Below are positions 39,915-53,133 of a stretch of 64,000 nt of DNA, one piece after another (position 1 is the first letter of the stretch; each line of letters opens with the position of its first letter). The notes under the pieces are model-generated. The model did no database searches. It was not told the origin of the DNA and saw only the letters and a program-made list of their open reading frames with translations. Both the position numbers and the translations under genes were made by a program. The stretch comes from an uncultured Mycoplasma sp. (lineage in GTDB: Bacteria > Bacillota_I > Bacilli_A > RF39 > UBA660), in assembly GCA_947642635.1 (NCBI GenBank), contig CANRTI010000001.1:75252-139251 (forward strand). The letters are read 5' to 3'.

Positions 39915-42900
39915 CTAGAATAAACTTAATTGAGCACTTTCTGGCATTCCTTCAAAAACTCCTAAATTTCGTAATTTTTCCATAGTAGAAACATTAACTT
40001 TACCGCGAATTTGGAAATCTTCAATACAGTAAAACTCTTTTTTATTTCGTTCAATAACTATTTGCTTAGCAACGGCATCGCCTAGGCCATCAATAGTTCG
40101 AAAAGGCGAAATTAAAGTTTTGCCATCTTCTGCTATAACATAATTTTTGGCATCACTTTTAGTAATATCAATATTGCCAAAATTAAAGCCCCTTGCTGTA
40201 GCTTCTAGAGCTAACTTCAATGTTTCTAAAAGAGCAGTTTCTTTACTAGTAGCATCATAACCCTTACTAATAATATCATTAATTCTTGCTTTAATTGCAT
40301 CATAACCTTTAATCATTGTTTCTAATTCAAAATCATCAAAACGAGTCGAAAAGTAAGAAGCATAATATTCGGCTGGATAATGCACTTTAAAATACGCAAT
40401 TCGAAAAGCACTCATAACATATGCTGCCGCATGGGCTTTAGGAAACATGTATTTAATTTTTTGACAAGAATCAATATACCAACTAGGAATACCAGCTTCT
40501 TCCATAGTTTTTTTATGCTCAAGCCACCCTTCTGGATCTTTACTAGCTCGACCTTTTCGAACAAATTCCATTATTTTAAATGCTTTTAATGGTTCCATCC
40601 CACATTGAATTAAGAAAACCATAATATCATCACGACAACCAATAACTTCTTTAAAAGGAACAATACCTTTTTTTATTAATTCTTGAGCATTACCAAGCCA
40701 AACATCAGTTCCATGAGATAAACCTGATATTTTAATAATTTCTGCAAAAGTGGTTGGTTTAGTATCTCGTAACATGCCAATCGTAAAATTAGTTCCAAAC
40801 TCAGGAACTCCTAGAGTTCCGGTATCATTCATAATTTGATCTTTAGTAACTCCAAGTGGTTCAGGTGATAAAAATAAACCCATAGTCTTTTTGTCATCTA
40901 AAGGAACAGTTTTAACATCTATTCCTGTTAGATCTTGTAACATTCTTAATTGTGTTGGATCAGTGTGTCCTAAGATATCTAATTTTAAGACGTCTTGATC
41001 GATAGCGTGGTAATCAAAATGGGTTGTACGCCAAGCTGCATCAACATCTTCGGCTGGATATTGATATGGTGTAAAATCATAAACATCCATATACCCTGGA
41101 ATAACAACAATACCACCTGGATGTTGACCAGTTGTTCTTTTAACACCAACACAACCAGCTGCTAATCTTTCTATTTCAATATTTCGCATAATAATATTTC
41201 TATCTTCACAATATCCTTTGACAAAACCATAAGCAGTTTTTTCAGCAACTGTTCCAATAGTTCCGGCTCGGTAAACGTTATCTTCCCCAAATAAAACTTT
41301 CGTATATTCATGAGCGGCTGCTTGATTTAAATCTGAAAAATTTAAATCGATATCTGGTACTTTATCCGCATTAAATCCTAAAAAAGTAGCAAATGGCATA
41401 TCTTCGCCATCTTTAAGCATTTTTGTTCCACATTTAGGACAATCTTTATCAGGAAGATCAAAACCAACGGCATATTCAATAGCTAAATCTTCACCAGCAT
41501 CATTTTTAAATATACTATGCTTACATTTTGGACAACGATAATGAGTTTGAAGAGGATTTACTTCGGTAATTCCCATCATAGTAGCAACAAATGAAGAACC
41601 AACTGAACCTCTAGAACCCACTAAAAAGCCATCATCATTACTTTTTTTAACAAGCTTTTGAGCAATAAGATAAATAACATCAAAGCCCCCACCAATAATT
41701 CCTTTTAATTCTTGTTCAATTCTTTCCCGAATATTATCTGGAAGTGGATCTCCGTACCAATCTTTAGCTTTAGTGTAAACCATTTCTTCAACAATTTCTT
41801 TAGAATTCTCAATTTTTGGTGAAAAAGGAACTCCACCCGTTTCAATAATAACTTCTATGATTTCACATTTAGCTGCTATTAGATTTGGGTTAGTTATAAC
41901 TATTTCCTTAGCTTTTTCTTCACCAAGAAAAGAAAAAGCATCTAACATTTCACGAGTTGTATAAAAATGCATATCAGGAACGGTTATACCACTTCTATTT
42001 AAAGGATGTAATTTACCATTAAAACGTTGATTAATAATAATGTCACGATAAATTTTATCTTCTTTAGTTAAATGATGCGCGTCGCCAGTAGCACATACTA
42101 TTACTCCAGCTTCTTCCGCAACCCGAATAATTTTTTTGAGATGATTAAAAATATCGCCAAGACTTTTTATACTAGATGATTCTAAATCACAAAGGTAAGA
42201 ATAAACTTCAGGTGGTTGAACTTCAATATAATCATAATATTGCATCATTTTAGCTAGCTCTTCATCTTCTTTAGTAAAAGCTGCTTCAAATATTTCACCA
42301 TTTACACATCCGCTACCAAAAAGTAAACCTTCACGATGATTATTTAATTCATTACGAGGAAGCTTAGTTTGATCACCTTTAAAAAGATATTTAGTATTTG
42401 CATAACTAATAATTTTAAATAAGTTTTTTAAACCAACTTTATTTTGCACTAATACTGACATATGAAAAGGTCTAGAAAAACGTAATAAAGCATCTTGATC
42501 AACTGAATTATATAATTTAATAGTTGTTTCAATGTTACGATTATTTAAAGTTTTAGCCATTTTATAAAAAGCAATTGCTGTTCCTTCACTATCGTAATCT
42601 CCACGGTGATGAGCACTTTCATCCCAAGGCACTTCTAAGTTTTTAACTAGTGTTGATAATTTATGATTTTTCCATTCTGGGTAAAGTGTTCTTGCCATAC
42701 TCATTGTATCAATAACTGTATTTTTAAATTCTCCTAAATTATATTTATTCATTGCAGCACTGATAAAACCAATATCAAATTTTGCATTATGAGCTACCAT
42801 TGGTAAATCGCCAACAAATTCTAAAAATCTTTTAGTAGCATTTTCTTCACTATCTTTATCTTCTAACATTGCATCAGTAATATTAGTTAATTCAATAATT

Positions 42901-44240
42901 TTTGGTGGAAGTTTTCGATAAGGATTAATTAATTCATCAAATCTCTCTGTTACTTCGCCATTTTTGATTTTAACTGCTCCAATTTCAATCATTTGATCAG
43001 AATAAGGAGTAAAACCAGTTGTTTCTGTATCGAAAACAACAAATTCTTGTTCAAGTAAATCATAATCTTTTAAATTAAATATTAAATCATTCTCGTTATT
43101 TACAATACTCATTTCAGCTCCATAAATAACTTTAAATTTATCTTCTTCTTTTTCTATTCCCTTATTTATATCACAAACCGTATGATATAACTCAGGATAA
43201 GATTGCAAACAATTATGATCAGTAACTGCTACTGCTTTATGTCCCATATTTTTAGCAAACTTAACCAATTTTTTAGCATCGATAACACCATCCATAGCAC
43301 TCATTTTAGTATGAGTATGAAGTTCTACTCTCTTTATTTCTTCTTCATCTTTAATAGGTATATCTTTTGAAGGAATACTTTCAATGCTACGACCATTTAG
43401 TAACATTTGTCTTGAATAATTATCCATTTCAACATTACCAACAATTCGATACCAATTTCCCTCTTTTAAACCTTTTTTGATTTGAAGATATTCCTCTTCT
43501 TTAAATCTAACAAATTTAACTAAAAAACTATCGGTCTTATCACTAATTTTAGCATTAATTATATAAATAGAACCTCTTTGACCTTTTCTCTCACTAGCAT
43601 CAATTCCAAAAACATACCCTTCAATAATAACATTTTTTTGTTCACCAACAATATTATTAATTTTAGTTACTTCTCCATCTTTATGAAAGCCAAATATAAT
43701 CGGACTACTTTCTTTTTTTTCAACTTTCACTTCCTTAGTTTTAGCAATTTCTTTTTGAATTTCAGCATTTTTATTTGTATCCACAATAATTTCAATAAGA
43801 TATTCACCAATACCATAGTTTTTTAAATTAGTAATTATTTCTTTCAGATAATCTTTTAATGTTAAACTTTCAGCATTATTTCCAACCACAAAAGTTATTT
43901 TATTATTATCTAAATTTTGAAAACAATCTTCAAAACCAGCTAAAGAAGGATGTTCAAAAATAATGGCACTTAAAATACTTTGAACATAATTTCTAATATC
44001 TTCTGTTTCAATATGATCATATACTAATTCAATATAACATTTATCAATACCATTAATCCCTTTTTTAGCTTTGGTAAAAAGATCAGTTACTAAATCATAA
44101 TTAAGAACATGAGAACTTTTTAAATAGACATTATAAACTTTAGTTTCCCTATTTAAAACTACTTTTTGGATTACAGTATTATTAAATTCAGCATTCCATT
44201 CCATATTGATACTTTTTAAAAATCGATTTAATTCTTCCAT
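39915..44240 (-). CDS. polC: DNA polymerase III PolC-type
   Basis: 1441 aa. PHP VELHTHTKMSAMDG, inserted 3'-5' exonuclease VVFDTETTG, zinc finger CPKCKH...CPKCG, and polymerase core. Confidence 0.97.
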   Translation of the reverse strand: MEELNRFLKSINMEWNAEFNNTVIQKVVLNRETKVYNVYLKSSHVLNYDLVTDLFTKAKKGINGIDKCYIELVYDHIETEDIRNYVQSILSAIIFEHPSLAGFEDCFQNLDNNKITFVVGNNAESLTLKDYLKEIITNLKNYGIGEYLIEIIVDTNKNAEIQKEIAKTKEVKVEKKESSPIIFGFHKDGEVTKINNIVGEQKNVIIEGYVFGIDASERKGQRGSIYIINAKISDKTDSFLVKFVRFKEEEYLQIKKGLKEGNWYRIVGNVEMDNYSRQMLLNGRSIESIPSKDIPIKDEEEIKRVELHTHTKMSAMDGVIDAKKLVKFAKNMGHKAVAVTDHNCLQSYPELYHTVCDINKGIEKEEDKFKVIYGAEMSIVNNENDLIFNLKDYDLLEQEFVVFDTETTGFTPYSDQMIEIGAVKIKNGEVTERFDELINPYRKLPPKIIELTNITDAMLEDKDSEENATKRFLEFVGDLPMVAHNAKFDIGFISAAMNKYNLGEFKNTVIDTMSMARTLYPEWKNHKLSTLVKNLEVPWDESAHHRGDYDSEGTAIAFYKMAKTLNNRNIETTIKLYNSVDQDALLRFSRPFHMSVLVQNKVGLKNLFKIISYANTKYLFKGDQTKLPRNELNNHREGLLFGSGCVNGEIFEAAFTKEDEELAKMMQYYDYIEVQPPEVYSYLCDLESSSIKSLGDIFNHLKKIIRVAEEAGVIVCATGDAHHLTKEDKIYRDIIINQRFNGKLHPLNRSGITVPDMHFYTTREMLDAFSFLGEEKAKEIVITNPNLIAAKCEIIEVIIETGGVPFSPKIENSKEIVEEMVYTKAKDWYGDPLPDNIRERIEQELKGIIGGGFDVIYLIAQKLVKKSNDDGFLVGSRGSVGSSFVATMMGITEVNPLQTHYRCPKCKHSIFKNDAGEDLAIEYAVGFDLPDKDCPKCGTKMLKDGEDMPFATFLGFNADKVPDIDLNFSDLNQAAAHEYTKVLFGEDNVYRAGTIGTVAEKTAYGFVKGYCEDRNIIMRNIEIERLAAGCVGVKRTTGQHPGGIVVIPGYMDVYDFTPYQYPAEDVDAAWRTTHFDYHAIDQDVLKLDILGHTDPTQLRMLQDLTGIDVKTVPLDDKKTMGLFLSPEPLGVTKDQIMNDTGTLGVPEFGTNFTIGMLRDTKPTTFAEIIKISGLSHGTDVWLGNAQELIKKGIVPFKEVIGCRDDIMVFLIQCGMEPLKAFKIMEFVRKGRASKDPEGWLEHKKTMEEAGIPSWYIDSCQKIKYMFPKAHAAAYVMSAFRIAYFKVHYPAEYYASYFSTRFDDFELETMIKGYDAIKARINDIISKGYDATSKETALLETLKLALEATARGFNFGNIDITKSDAKNYVIAEDGKTLISPFRTIDGLGDAVAKQIVIERNKKEFYCIEDFQIRGKVNVSTMEKLRNLGVFEGMPESAQLSLF

Positions 44241-44245
44241 GTTGT

Positions 44246-47116
44246 TTACTCCTTTGTCATTTTATTAATTGTAATACTATATTTATCATATCTTTTAGTC
44301 ACATAACCCCATACTCTTATCATATCATTTTTCTTGATATTTTGTAACATATTATAATTTTTAGGAAATAAAACAAAATCTCCTAATGCCGTTTCGTCAC
44401 TAGCATCAATAAAAGCCATATCTTCATTTTTCTTGGTTTTTATTTTCTTTACATTTTCCACCATAACATAACATTCTATATTTTTAAAGACATTTTCCAC
44501 AATTTTTTCTAATTTCATCACATTTGGTTCAGTTTTACGGCTAGCTGGGTGATTACTAATAAAAAAACCATAACTATTTAATTCATTATTCTTTAAAATA
44601 TCTAACTCATACTCTTTCGATGCCGTGATCTCTGGTAATAAAGCATATTCTCCTAAATCATTATAAAGCATGCCATAATTAATTAAAACATCTAAATTGT
44701 CAACTAAAGTTTTAGTATTATAATTTAAACCTAAAAAACAACCAGCATTGATTAGCATTAAGTATTCATTTTTAGTCAACTTATTATAAGTCCTCTTAAA
44801 GAAATCAAAAATATTTTCAAATAAACCATGGGTATTTCTTTCTTCAATTATATAATTAATTGTATCACTTCGTAAATTTTTGATTAACTTAAATGGTAAA
44901 TAAACTTTTTGATTAACTTTTTTATATGTATTTTCAGAATAATTAATATTAGCAGCTTCAATAATTAAATCATGTTTTTTTAAATCATTTAAATATAATT
45001 TAATTAATTCAACACTACCTAGAGAATTGTTTAATAGTTCAAACATAAATAAAGAATGATAATGGACTTTTAAATACGCCATTTGATAAGAAACTTTGGC
45101 ATAAGATACGGAATGCGATTTATTAAACCCATAAAGGGCAAATTTTAAAATATGATTATAAATATTTTGGGCTAAAGAAATATTGTAGCCATTTTGCGTA
45201 CTATTTTTTAAAAAACTTTCTTGAAATTTTAATAGTAACTTTGCATCCTTTTTGGACATAGCTTTCCTTATATTATCCGCTTCGGCATAACTAAAATTGG
45301 CCATACATACTAAAATACTCATAACTTGTTCTTGATAAACTATTACCCCATAAGTTTCTTCTAAAATGGGTTTTAAATTTTCGTGGTAATATGTAACTGG
45401 TTCTAAACCATTTTTTCTTTTAATATAAGTTTCTAATTCCTCACTAGGTCCTGGTCTAACAAGGGCAATACTTGCAACTAACTCAGAAAAATTTTGCGGG
45501 CGATATTTAATAAGCATATTTTTAAAAGCTCTGGTTTCAAATTGAAAAATACCGTCAGTGTCTGCTTGACTAAATAAATTGTAAACATCAATATCGTCTA
45601 AAGGAATTTTAGTTAAATCAAAATTTGGGATATTGCTAATAATATTGCTAATAGTATTTAAATTTTTTAAAGCTAGAAAATCCATTTTTAAAAGACCAAA
45701 ATCTTCTAAATAATTCATAGCTACTCCTGTAAGATAAACATCTTTATTTTTATACATGGGGATAATTTCATCTAATGGTTGATTACCAATAACTATTCCT
45801 GCTGCATGAGTACTAATATTCTTTTTAAGACCTTCTAAATGCCAACAAATATGATATAATTTTTTTAACTCAGGATACATTTTTAAATATTCTTTAATAG
45901 TTTTATTTTCATAATTTTGTTTTAAAGATATATCTTTATTAATTACTTTTAAAAACTTATTTAATAAGTGTTCATTAATTTTTAAAATATTGGCTACTTC
46001 CCGTAAAACAAGTCTCGTTTTTAAAGTAGCATAAGTAAGTCCTCCCGATACATTAAGAGATCCATATTTACTTTTGACATAATCAATAACTAAGTCTCGT
46101 TTTGTATTTTCAAAATCAATGTCAATATCTGGCATACTAATTCGTTCATAATTTAAAAAACGTTCAAATAATAAATTATACTCAATAGGATCTATGTCTG
46201 TAATACCAATTACATAACTTACTAAAGAACCAGCAGCACTTCCTCTTCCTGGACCAACTAAAATATTATTTTTTTTAGCATATAAAACATAATCATAAAC
46301 AATTAAAAAGTAATCCACAAACCCCATCTTTTTAATAACTTTCAATTCATATTTTAAGCGTTCTAAATATTTTGATGATACTTGATTATTTAATCTTTTA
46401 TTTAATCCTTTTAAGCATAAATTACTTAAGAATTGATAAGAATCGATTTGGGGGTTATATTTGGGAATATATCTTTCGTTAAAAGGAATTTCTAAGTTTA
46501 ATAGACTCGTAACTTCAAGAATTTTTTCGAAATCAAATTTAGTTAATTTTTGATAATCAAAATAATAATTATGAATATCTTCTTTAACACTATCGCTCAT
46601 TTTATTTAAAATATTTAAATAAACTATATCTTCTTTTTGAAATGTTCTTAAATCATTAATGTATACTACATTTTTAGTTAAAGATAAAACATTAGTTAAT
46701 TCTTCTTTTTGACTATATCCTAAATAAATGTTATCAAAAAAATTTAAATTATCTTTTAAATGAGTACTTTGATATGGAATAATAATTAATATGTTAGAGG
46801 CATACTGTTTTAATTCGTTAATATTTATTAATCGTTCACATATAATGGTATTAATCTTTAAAAGATTTTTATAACCCAAATAGTTTTTAGCATAGAGATA
46901 AATAGAATAATTATCGATAGAAATTTCTAAACCAATAATAGGTTTAATATGATTATTTTGACATTTTTTGTAAAATTCAATTGCGCCGAATAAATTAGTA
47001 TCACATATCCCACAACAAGATATTTTTTGAGACATGCAAAAAGTAATTAAATCATCTATTTTAATTAAACTTTTAAGTAACGTATAATCTGTTGTAACTT
47101 TTAATGGGACGTACAT
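44246..47116 (-). CDS. dnaE: DNA polymerase III alpha subunit DnaE (956 aa)
   Basis: Palm/fingers motifs PGRGSAAGSLVSY, MPDIDIDF, HAAG, FNKSH. N-terminal PHP region lacks the usual HxH (reads PLKVTTDYT). Confidence 0.9.
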   Translation of the reverse strand: MYVPLKVTTDYTLLKSLIKIDDLITFCMSQKISCCGICDTNLFGAIEFYKKCQNNHIKPIIGLEISIDNYSIYLYAKNYLGYKNLLKINTIICERLININELKQYASNILIIIPYQSTHLKDNLNFFDNIYLGYSQKEELTNVLSLTKNVVYINDLRTFQKEDIVYLNILNKMSDSVKEDIHNYYFDYQKLTKFDFEKILEVTSLLNLEIPFNERYIPKYNPQIDSYQFLSNLCLKGLNKRLNNQVSSKYLERLKYELKVIKKMGFVDYFLIVYDYVLYAKKNNILVGPGRGSAAGSLVSYVIGITDIDPIEYNLLFERFLNYERISMPDIDIDFENTKRDLVIDYVKSKYGSLNVSGGLTYATLKTRLVLREVANILKINEHLLNKFLKVINKDISLKQNYENKTIKEYLKMYPELKKLYHICWHLEGLKKNISTHAAGIVIGNQPLDEIIPMYKNKDVYLTGVAMNYLEDFGLLKMDFLALKNLNTISNIISNIPNFDLTKIPLDDIDVYNLFSQADTDGIFQFETRAFKNMLIKYRPQNFSELVASIALVRPGPSEELETYIKRKNGLEPVTYYHENLKPILEETYGVIVYQEQVMSILVCMANFSYAEADNIRKAMSKKDAKLLLKFQESFLKNSTQNGYNISLAQNIYNHILKFALYGFNKSHSVSYAKVSYQMAYLKVHYHSLFMFELLNNSLGSVELIKLYLNDLKKHDLIIEAANINYSENTYKKVNQKVYLPFKLIKNLRSDTINYIIEERNTHGLFENIFDFFKRTYNKLTKNEYLMLINAGCFLGLNYNTKTLVDNLDVLINYGMLYNDLGEYALLPEITASKEYELDILKNNELNSYGFFISNHPASRKTEPNVMKLEKIVENVFKNIECYVMVENVKKIKTKKNEDMAFIDASDETALGDFVLFPKNYNMLQNIKKNDMIRVWGYVTKRYDKYSITINKMTKE

Positions 47117-47210
47117 ATTAACTCCTTTAATTCATTATATCACATGCAAAAACATTTGACATATCTTTTAATATATGATAAAGTTTTAAAGTGAAAAAGG
47201 AGGCTTTAAA

Positions 47211-47375
47211 ATGGCAAAAAAAGTAACAAACAAAAAACCTTTAGTTGGTAATTTAAGAAGCCATGCATTAAATGCTACAAAAATGGTCCAAAAGCCAAAT
47301 TTACAAAAAAAGACAATTGATGGTAAAAAAGTAATTATTAGTGCCAGAGAAGCAAAAAGAGCAAAAGTTGCTTAA
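47211..47375 (+). CDS. rpmB: 50S ribosomal protein bL28
   Basis: Hand-translated 54-aa [37 protein letters not shown]... with AAAGGAGG RBS. Below the ORF-track size cutoff. Confidence 0.85.
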   Translation: MAKKVTNKKPLVGNLRSHALNATKMVQKPNLQKKTIDGKKVIISAREAKRAKVA

Positions 47376-47382
47376 TTAAATT

Positions 47383-47408
47383 AGAGAAATTGATTTTTCT
47401 CTTTTTTG
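47383..47408 (+). terminator. rho-independent terminator of rpmB
   Basis: AGAGAAA-ttgatt-TTTCTCT followed by a T-run. Confidence 0.7.
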
Positions 47409-47412
47409 TTTC

Positions 47413-47440
47413 AATAAAAAAGACTTTGATAAGTCTTTAG
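47413..47440 (-). terminator. rho-independent terminator after the rluA-like gene
   Basis: AAAGACTT-atca-AAGTCTTT followed by a T-run on the minus strand. Confidence 0.65.
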
Positions 47441-47442
47441 TT

Positions 47443-48087
47443 TTATTTTATTAATTGCATGCCTTGAAAATTTTTAATTTTAAATTCTATTTCTTTTTTA
47501 GTTTTAGGATGCGTAATAACTAATCTACTGGCTTGTAAACATAATTTTTTTAATGGATTAGAAGTGGCACCATATATTTTATCACCAACTATAGGATGCG
47601 CAATATGACTTAATTGAACGCGAATTTGATTTTTACGTCCTGTTTTAATTATTATTTTTAATAAACTATATTTGGAGTTTGATTTTATGGTTTCATAATG
47701 CGTAATAGCTAATTTACTAAAAGAATTTTTCTTACTAACATATACTTTAAATGTCTTAGACTCTTGTAAATAATTAGTTAATGTTGCAATCTTTGGAGTT
47801 GGTCTACCTTCAACTACAGCAAGATACTCTTTAGTATAATTTTGCCAATTATCTTGTAAAAATTTTTTAGCTTGAATATTTTTAGCAAACAAAATCAATC
47901 CTTCAGTATCCCGATCTAAACGGTGAACAATAAAAATTTTATTTTTAGGATATTGTTTTTTGACATAAGCACTAACTTCTTGATATAAGCTAAAACTAAC
48001 TTTGGCAGTAGCAATTGTTTGTACCCCACTTGGTTTATTAATAACAATTATTTCTTTATCTTCATAAATAATATCTAATTTTCGCAA
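47443..48087 (-). CDS. RluA-family pseudouridine synthase
   Basis: HRLDRDTEGLILFAK catalytic motif, KEYLAVV, GRKNQIR. Confidence 0.85.
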   Translation of the reverse strand: MRKLDIIYEDKEIIVINKPSGVQTIATAKVSFSLYQEVSAYVKKQYPKNKIFIVHRLDRDTEGLILFAKNIQAKKFLQDNWQNYTKEYLAVVEGRPTPKIATLTNYLQESKTFKVYVSKKNSFSKLAITHYETIKSNSKYSLLKIIIKTGRKNQIRVQLSHIAHPIVGDKIYGATSNPLKKLCLQASRLVITHPKTKKEIEFKIKNFQGMQLIK

Positions 48088-48094
48088 TTTGTAC

Positions 48095-50985
<2,891 letters not shown>

Positions 50986-50986
50986 T

Positions 50987-53083
50987 TTAATTTCCTTTCT
51001 TTAATCCGTTATAATTTTTTAACACTTTTTTTATTCCAAATCTTTTATTAAAGGCAACTGTCACAAATCTTTCATCAACATCAATAACTACACCTTTACC
51101 AAATGACATATGAAACACAATTTCCCCACTTTTATATTCAGTATTTTCACTAGCAAATAAAGCATCTTTACTAAATGGCATTGTTGTATTTTCTTTCTTT
51201 TCCTCATAATTATTTGCTTCTAAATATTCAGGAGAAATTTCAGAAATAAATCTCGATGGTGGATTCATCATATCTTTACCATAAAGCATTCTTATCTTAG
51301 CATTCGTTAAATATAATCTTTCTTTAGCTCTTGTAATTCCAACATAACAAAGACGTCGTTCTTCTTCAATTTCTTTTTCTTCAAACATGGAATTAGCATG
51401 AGGCATTAATCCTTCTTCCATTCCAACCATAAAAACGATTTTAAACTCTAAACCTTTGGCTGAATGAAATGTCATTAAAGTTATAGCATCATCAACATTT
51501 TGATGTTCCGAAATATCTGCTATCAAACTTATTTCATCTAAGAAATCTTGAAGATTAACATTTCCAGTCATGTTTTGATAACTTTCTGTGATACTTCTAA
51601 ATTCCATTAAATTATCAATTCGTAAATCATTTTCTAAATTATGCTCCTTTTCTAAAGCAGCTTTCATACCGGATTTTTCTAAAACGGCATCAATAATTTC
51701 TGTTAACGAAAAATTAACACTTTCTTTAGTTAAATCTTCAATAATATTTTTAAACTCTAATTCTTTACCTGTACTAATCGTATTATACATTGATGTGTTA
51801 TTTCTATTAGCTCTTTCTTCTAAAGCTTCAATAGTCTTAATACCAATACCCCTTTTAGGCTCGTTAATAACTCTTTTTAGAGAAATATCATCATCATGAT
51901 TGGCAATTAATTTTAAATAACTTATCAAGTCTTTTATTTCTTTTCGTTTGTAGAAATAAAAACTACCAACAACTTTATAAGGAAAATTATTTTTTAACAT
52001 AGCTTCTTCATAAATTCGTGATTGAGCATTTGTTCGATAAAAAATAGCTATATCTTTTTTTTGATACCCCATAGTTAATAATTCTTTTATTTCTTCAACA
52101 ACTAGACTTACTTCTTGTAAGCCATTATTACTACGTAGATATTTAACTTTGACACCTTCGCCTAATTCACTAAATAAATTTACTTCTTTTCTTTCAACAT
52201 TATGTTTTATAACCGAATTAGCAGCATTTAAAATTGTCGTTGTACTACGATAATTTTGACTTAAAACAATAACATGGGCATCGGGATAATCGCGTTCAAA
52301 ATTTAAAATATTCTTGTAATTAGCTTGACGAAAACCATAAATAGCTTGATTTTGATCTCCTACAACAAATATATTACGATATTTTTTGCTAAGTAATTTA
52401 ATTAATTTATATTGAACTTCATTAGTATCTTGATATTCATCAATTAAAATATATTGATATTTGTCTTGATAATGCTCTAAAACATCAGGATAATTTTGAA
52501 ATAATAATACTGGTAATCTTAATAAATCATCAAAATCAATAACATTATTTTTCTTTAAAACTTTTTGATATTCAATATAAATGCTACTAGCAACTTTTTC
52601 TGGTTCGCTTACAAAATATTTATTTATTTCAGCTTCATTTAACATTTCATTTTTGATAAAACTAATGCGACTTCTTACATAAGATGGAGCTACTTCTTTA
52701 ATATCAATTCCTTTATCTTTCATGATTTTTTTTATAATACTTAAAACATCATCTGAATCGATAATAGTAAAATTCTTTTGTAATTCTAACTTTTCATAGT
52801 TTTCTTTAACAATTCGTAATCCAAAAGAATGAAAAGTTCCCACAAAAGCATAGTTATTAGTGACTATTTGACTAATTCTTTCTTTCATTTCTTTAGCAGC
52901 TTTATTCGTAAAAGTTATAGCTAAAATATTACTACTATATATGCCTTCATTAATTAAATGAGCAATTCTAGTTGTTAAAACTTTGGTCTTACCAGAACCC
53001 GCTCCGGCAACAACTAAAGATGGACCATTTATATGAAGTACTGCTTCTTTTTGCTCTTTATTAAGGGTGTCTAAATAATTCAT
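50987..53083 (-). CDS. pcrA: ATP-dependent DNA helicase PcrA
   Basis: UvrD/PcrA motifs AGAGSGKT, TFTNKAA, DEYQDTN, QNYRS, TFHSAKGLEF, VGITRA. Confidence 0.93.
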   Translation of the reverse strand: MNYLDTLNKEQKEAVLHINGPSLVVAGAGSGKTKVLTTRIAHLINEGIYSSNILAITFTNKAAKEMKERISQIVTNNYAFVGTFHSFGLRIVKENYEKLELQKNFTIIDSDDVLSIIKKIMKDKGIDIKEVAPSYVRSRISFIKNEMLNEAEINKYFVSEPEKVASSIYIEYQKVLKKNNVIDFDDLLRLPVLLFQNYPDVLEHYQDKYQYILIDEYQDTNEVQYKLIKLLSKKYRNIFVVGDQNQAIYGFRQANYKNILNFERDYPDAHVIVLSQNYRSTTTILNAANSVIKHNVERKEVNLFSELGEGVKVKYLRSNNGLQEVSLVVEEIKELLTMGYQKKDIAIFYRTNAQSRIYEEAMLKNNFPYKVVGSFYFYKRKEIKDLISYLKLIANHDDDISLKRVINEPKRGIGIKTIEALEERANRNNTSMYNTISTGKELEFKNIIEDLTKESVNFSLTEIIDAVLEKSGMKAALEKEHNLENDLRIDNLMEFRSITESYQNMTGNVNLQDFLDEISLIADISEHQNVDDAITLMTFHSAKGLEFKIVFMVGMEEGLMPHANSMFEEKEIEEERRLCYVGITRAKERLYLTNAKIRMLYGKDMMNPPSRFISEISPEYLEANNYEEKKENTTMPFSKDALFASENTEYKSGEIVFHMSFGKGVVIDVDERFVTVAFNKRFGIKKVLKNYNGLKKGN

Positions 53084-53133
53084 ATGCTATCTACCTCTAA
53101 ATATAATTATATCATTGGAATGACAGGAAGTCA

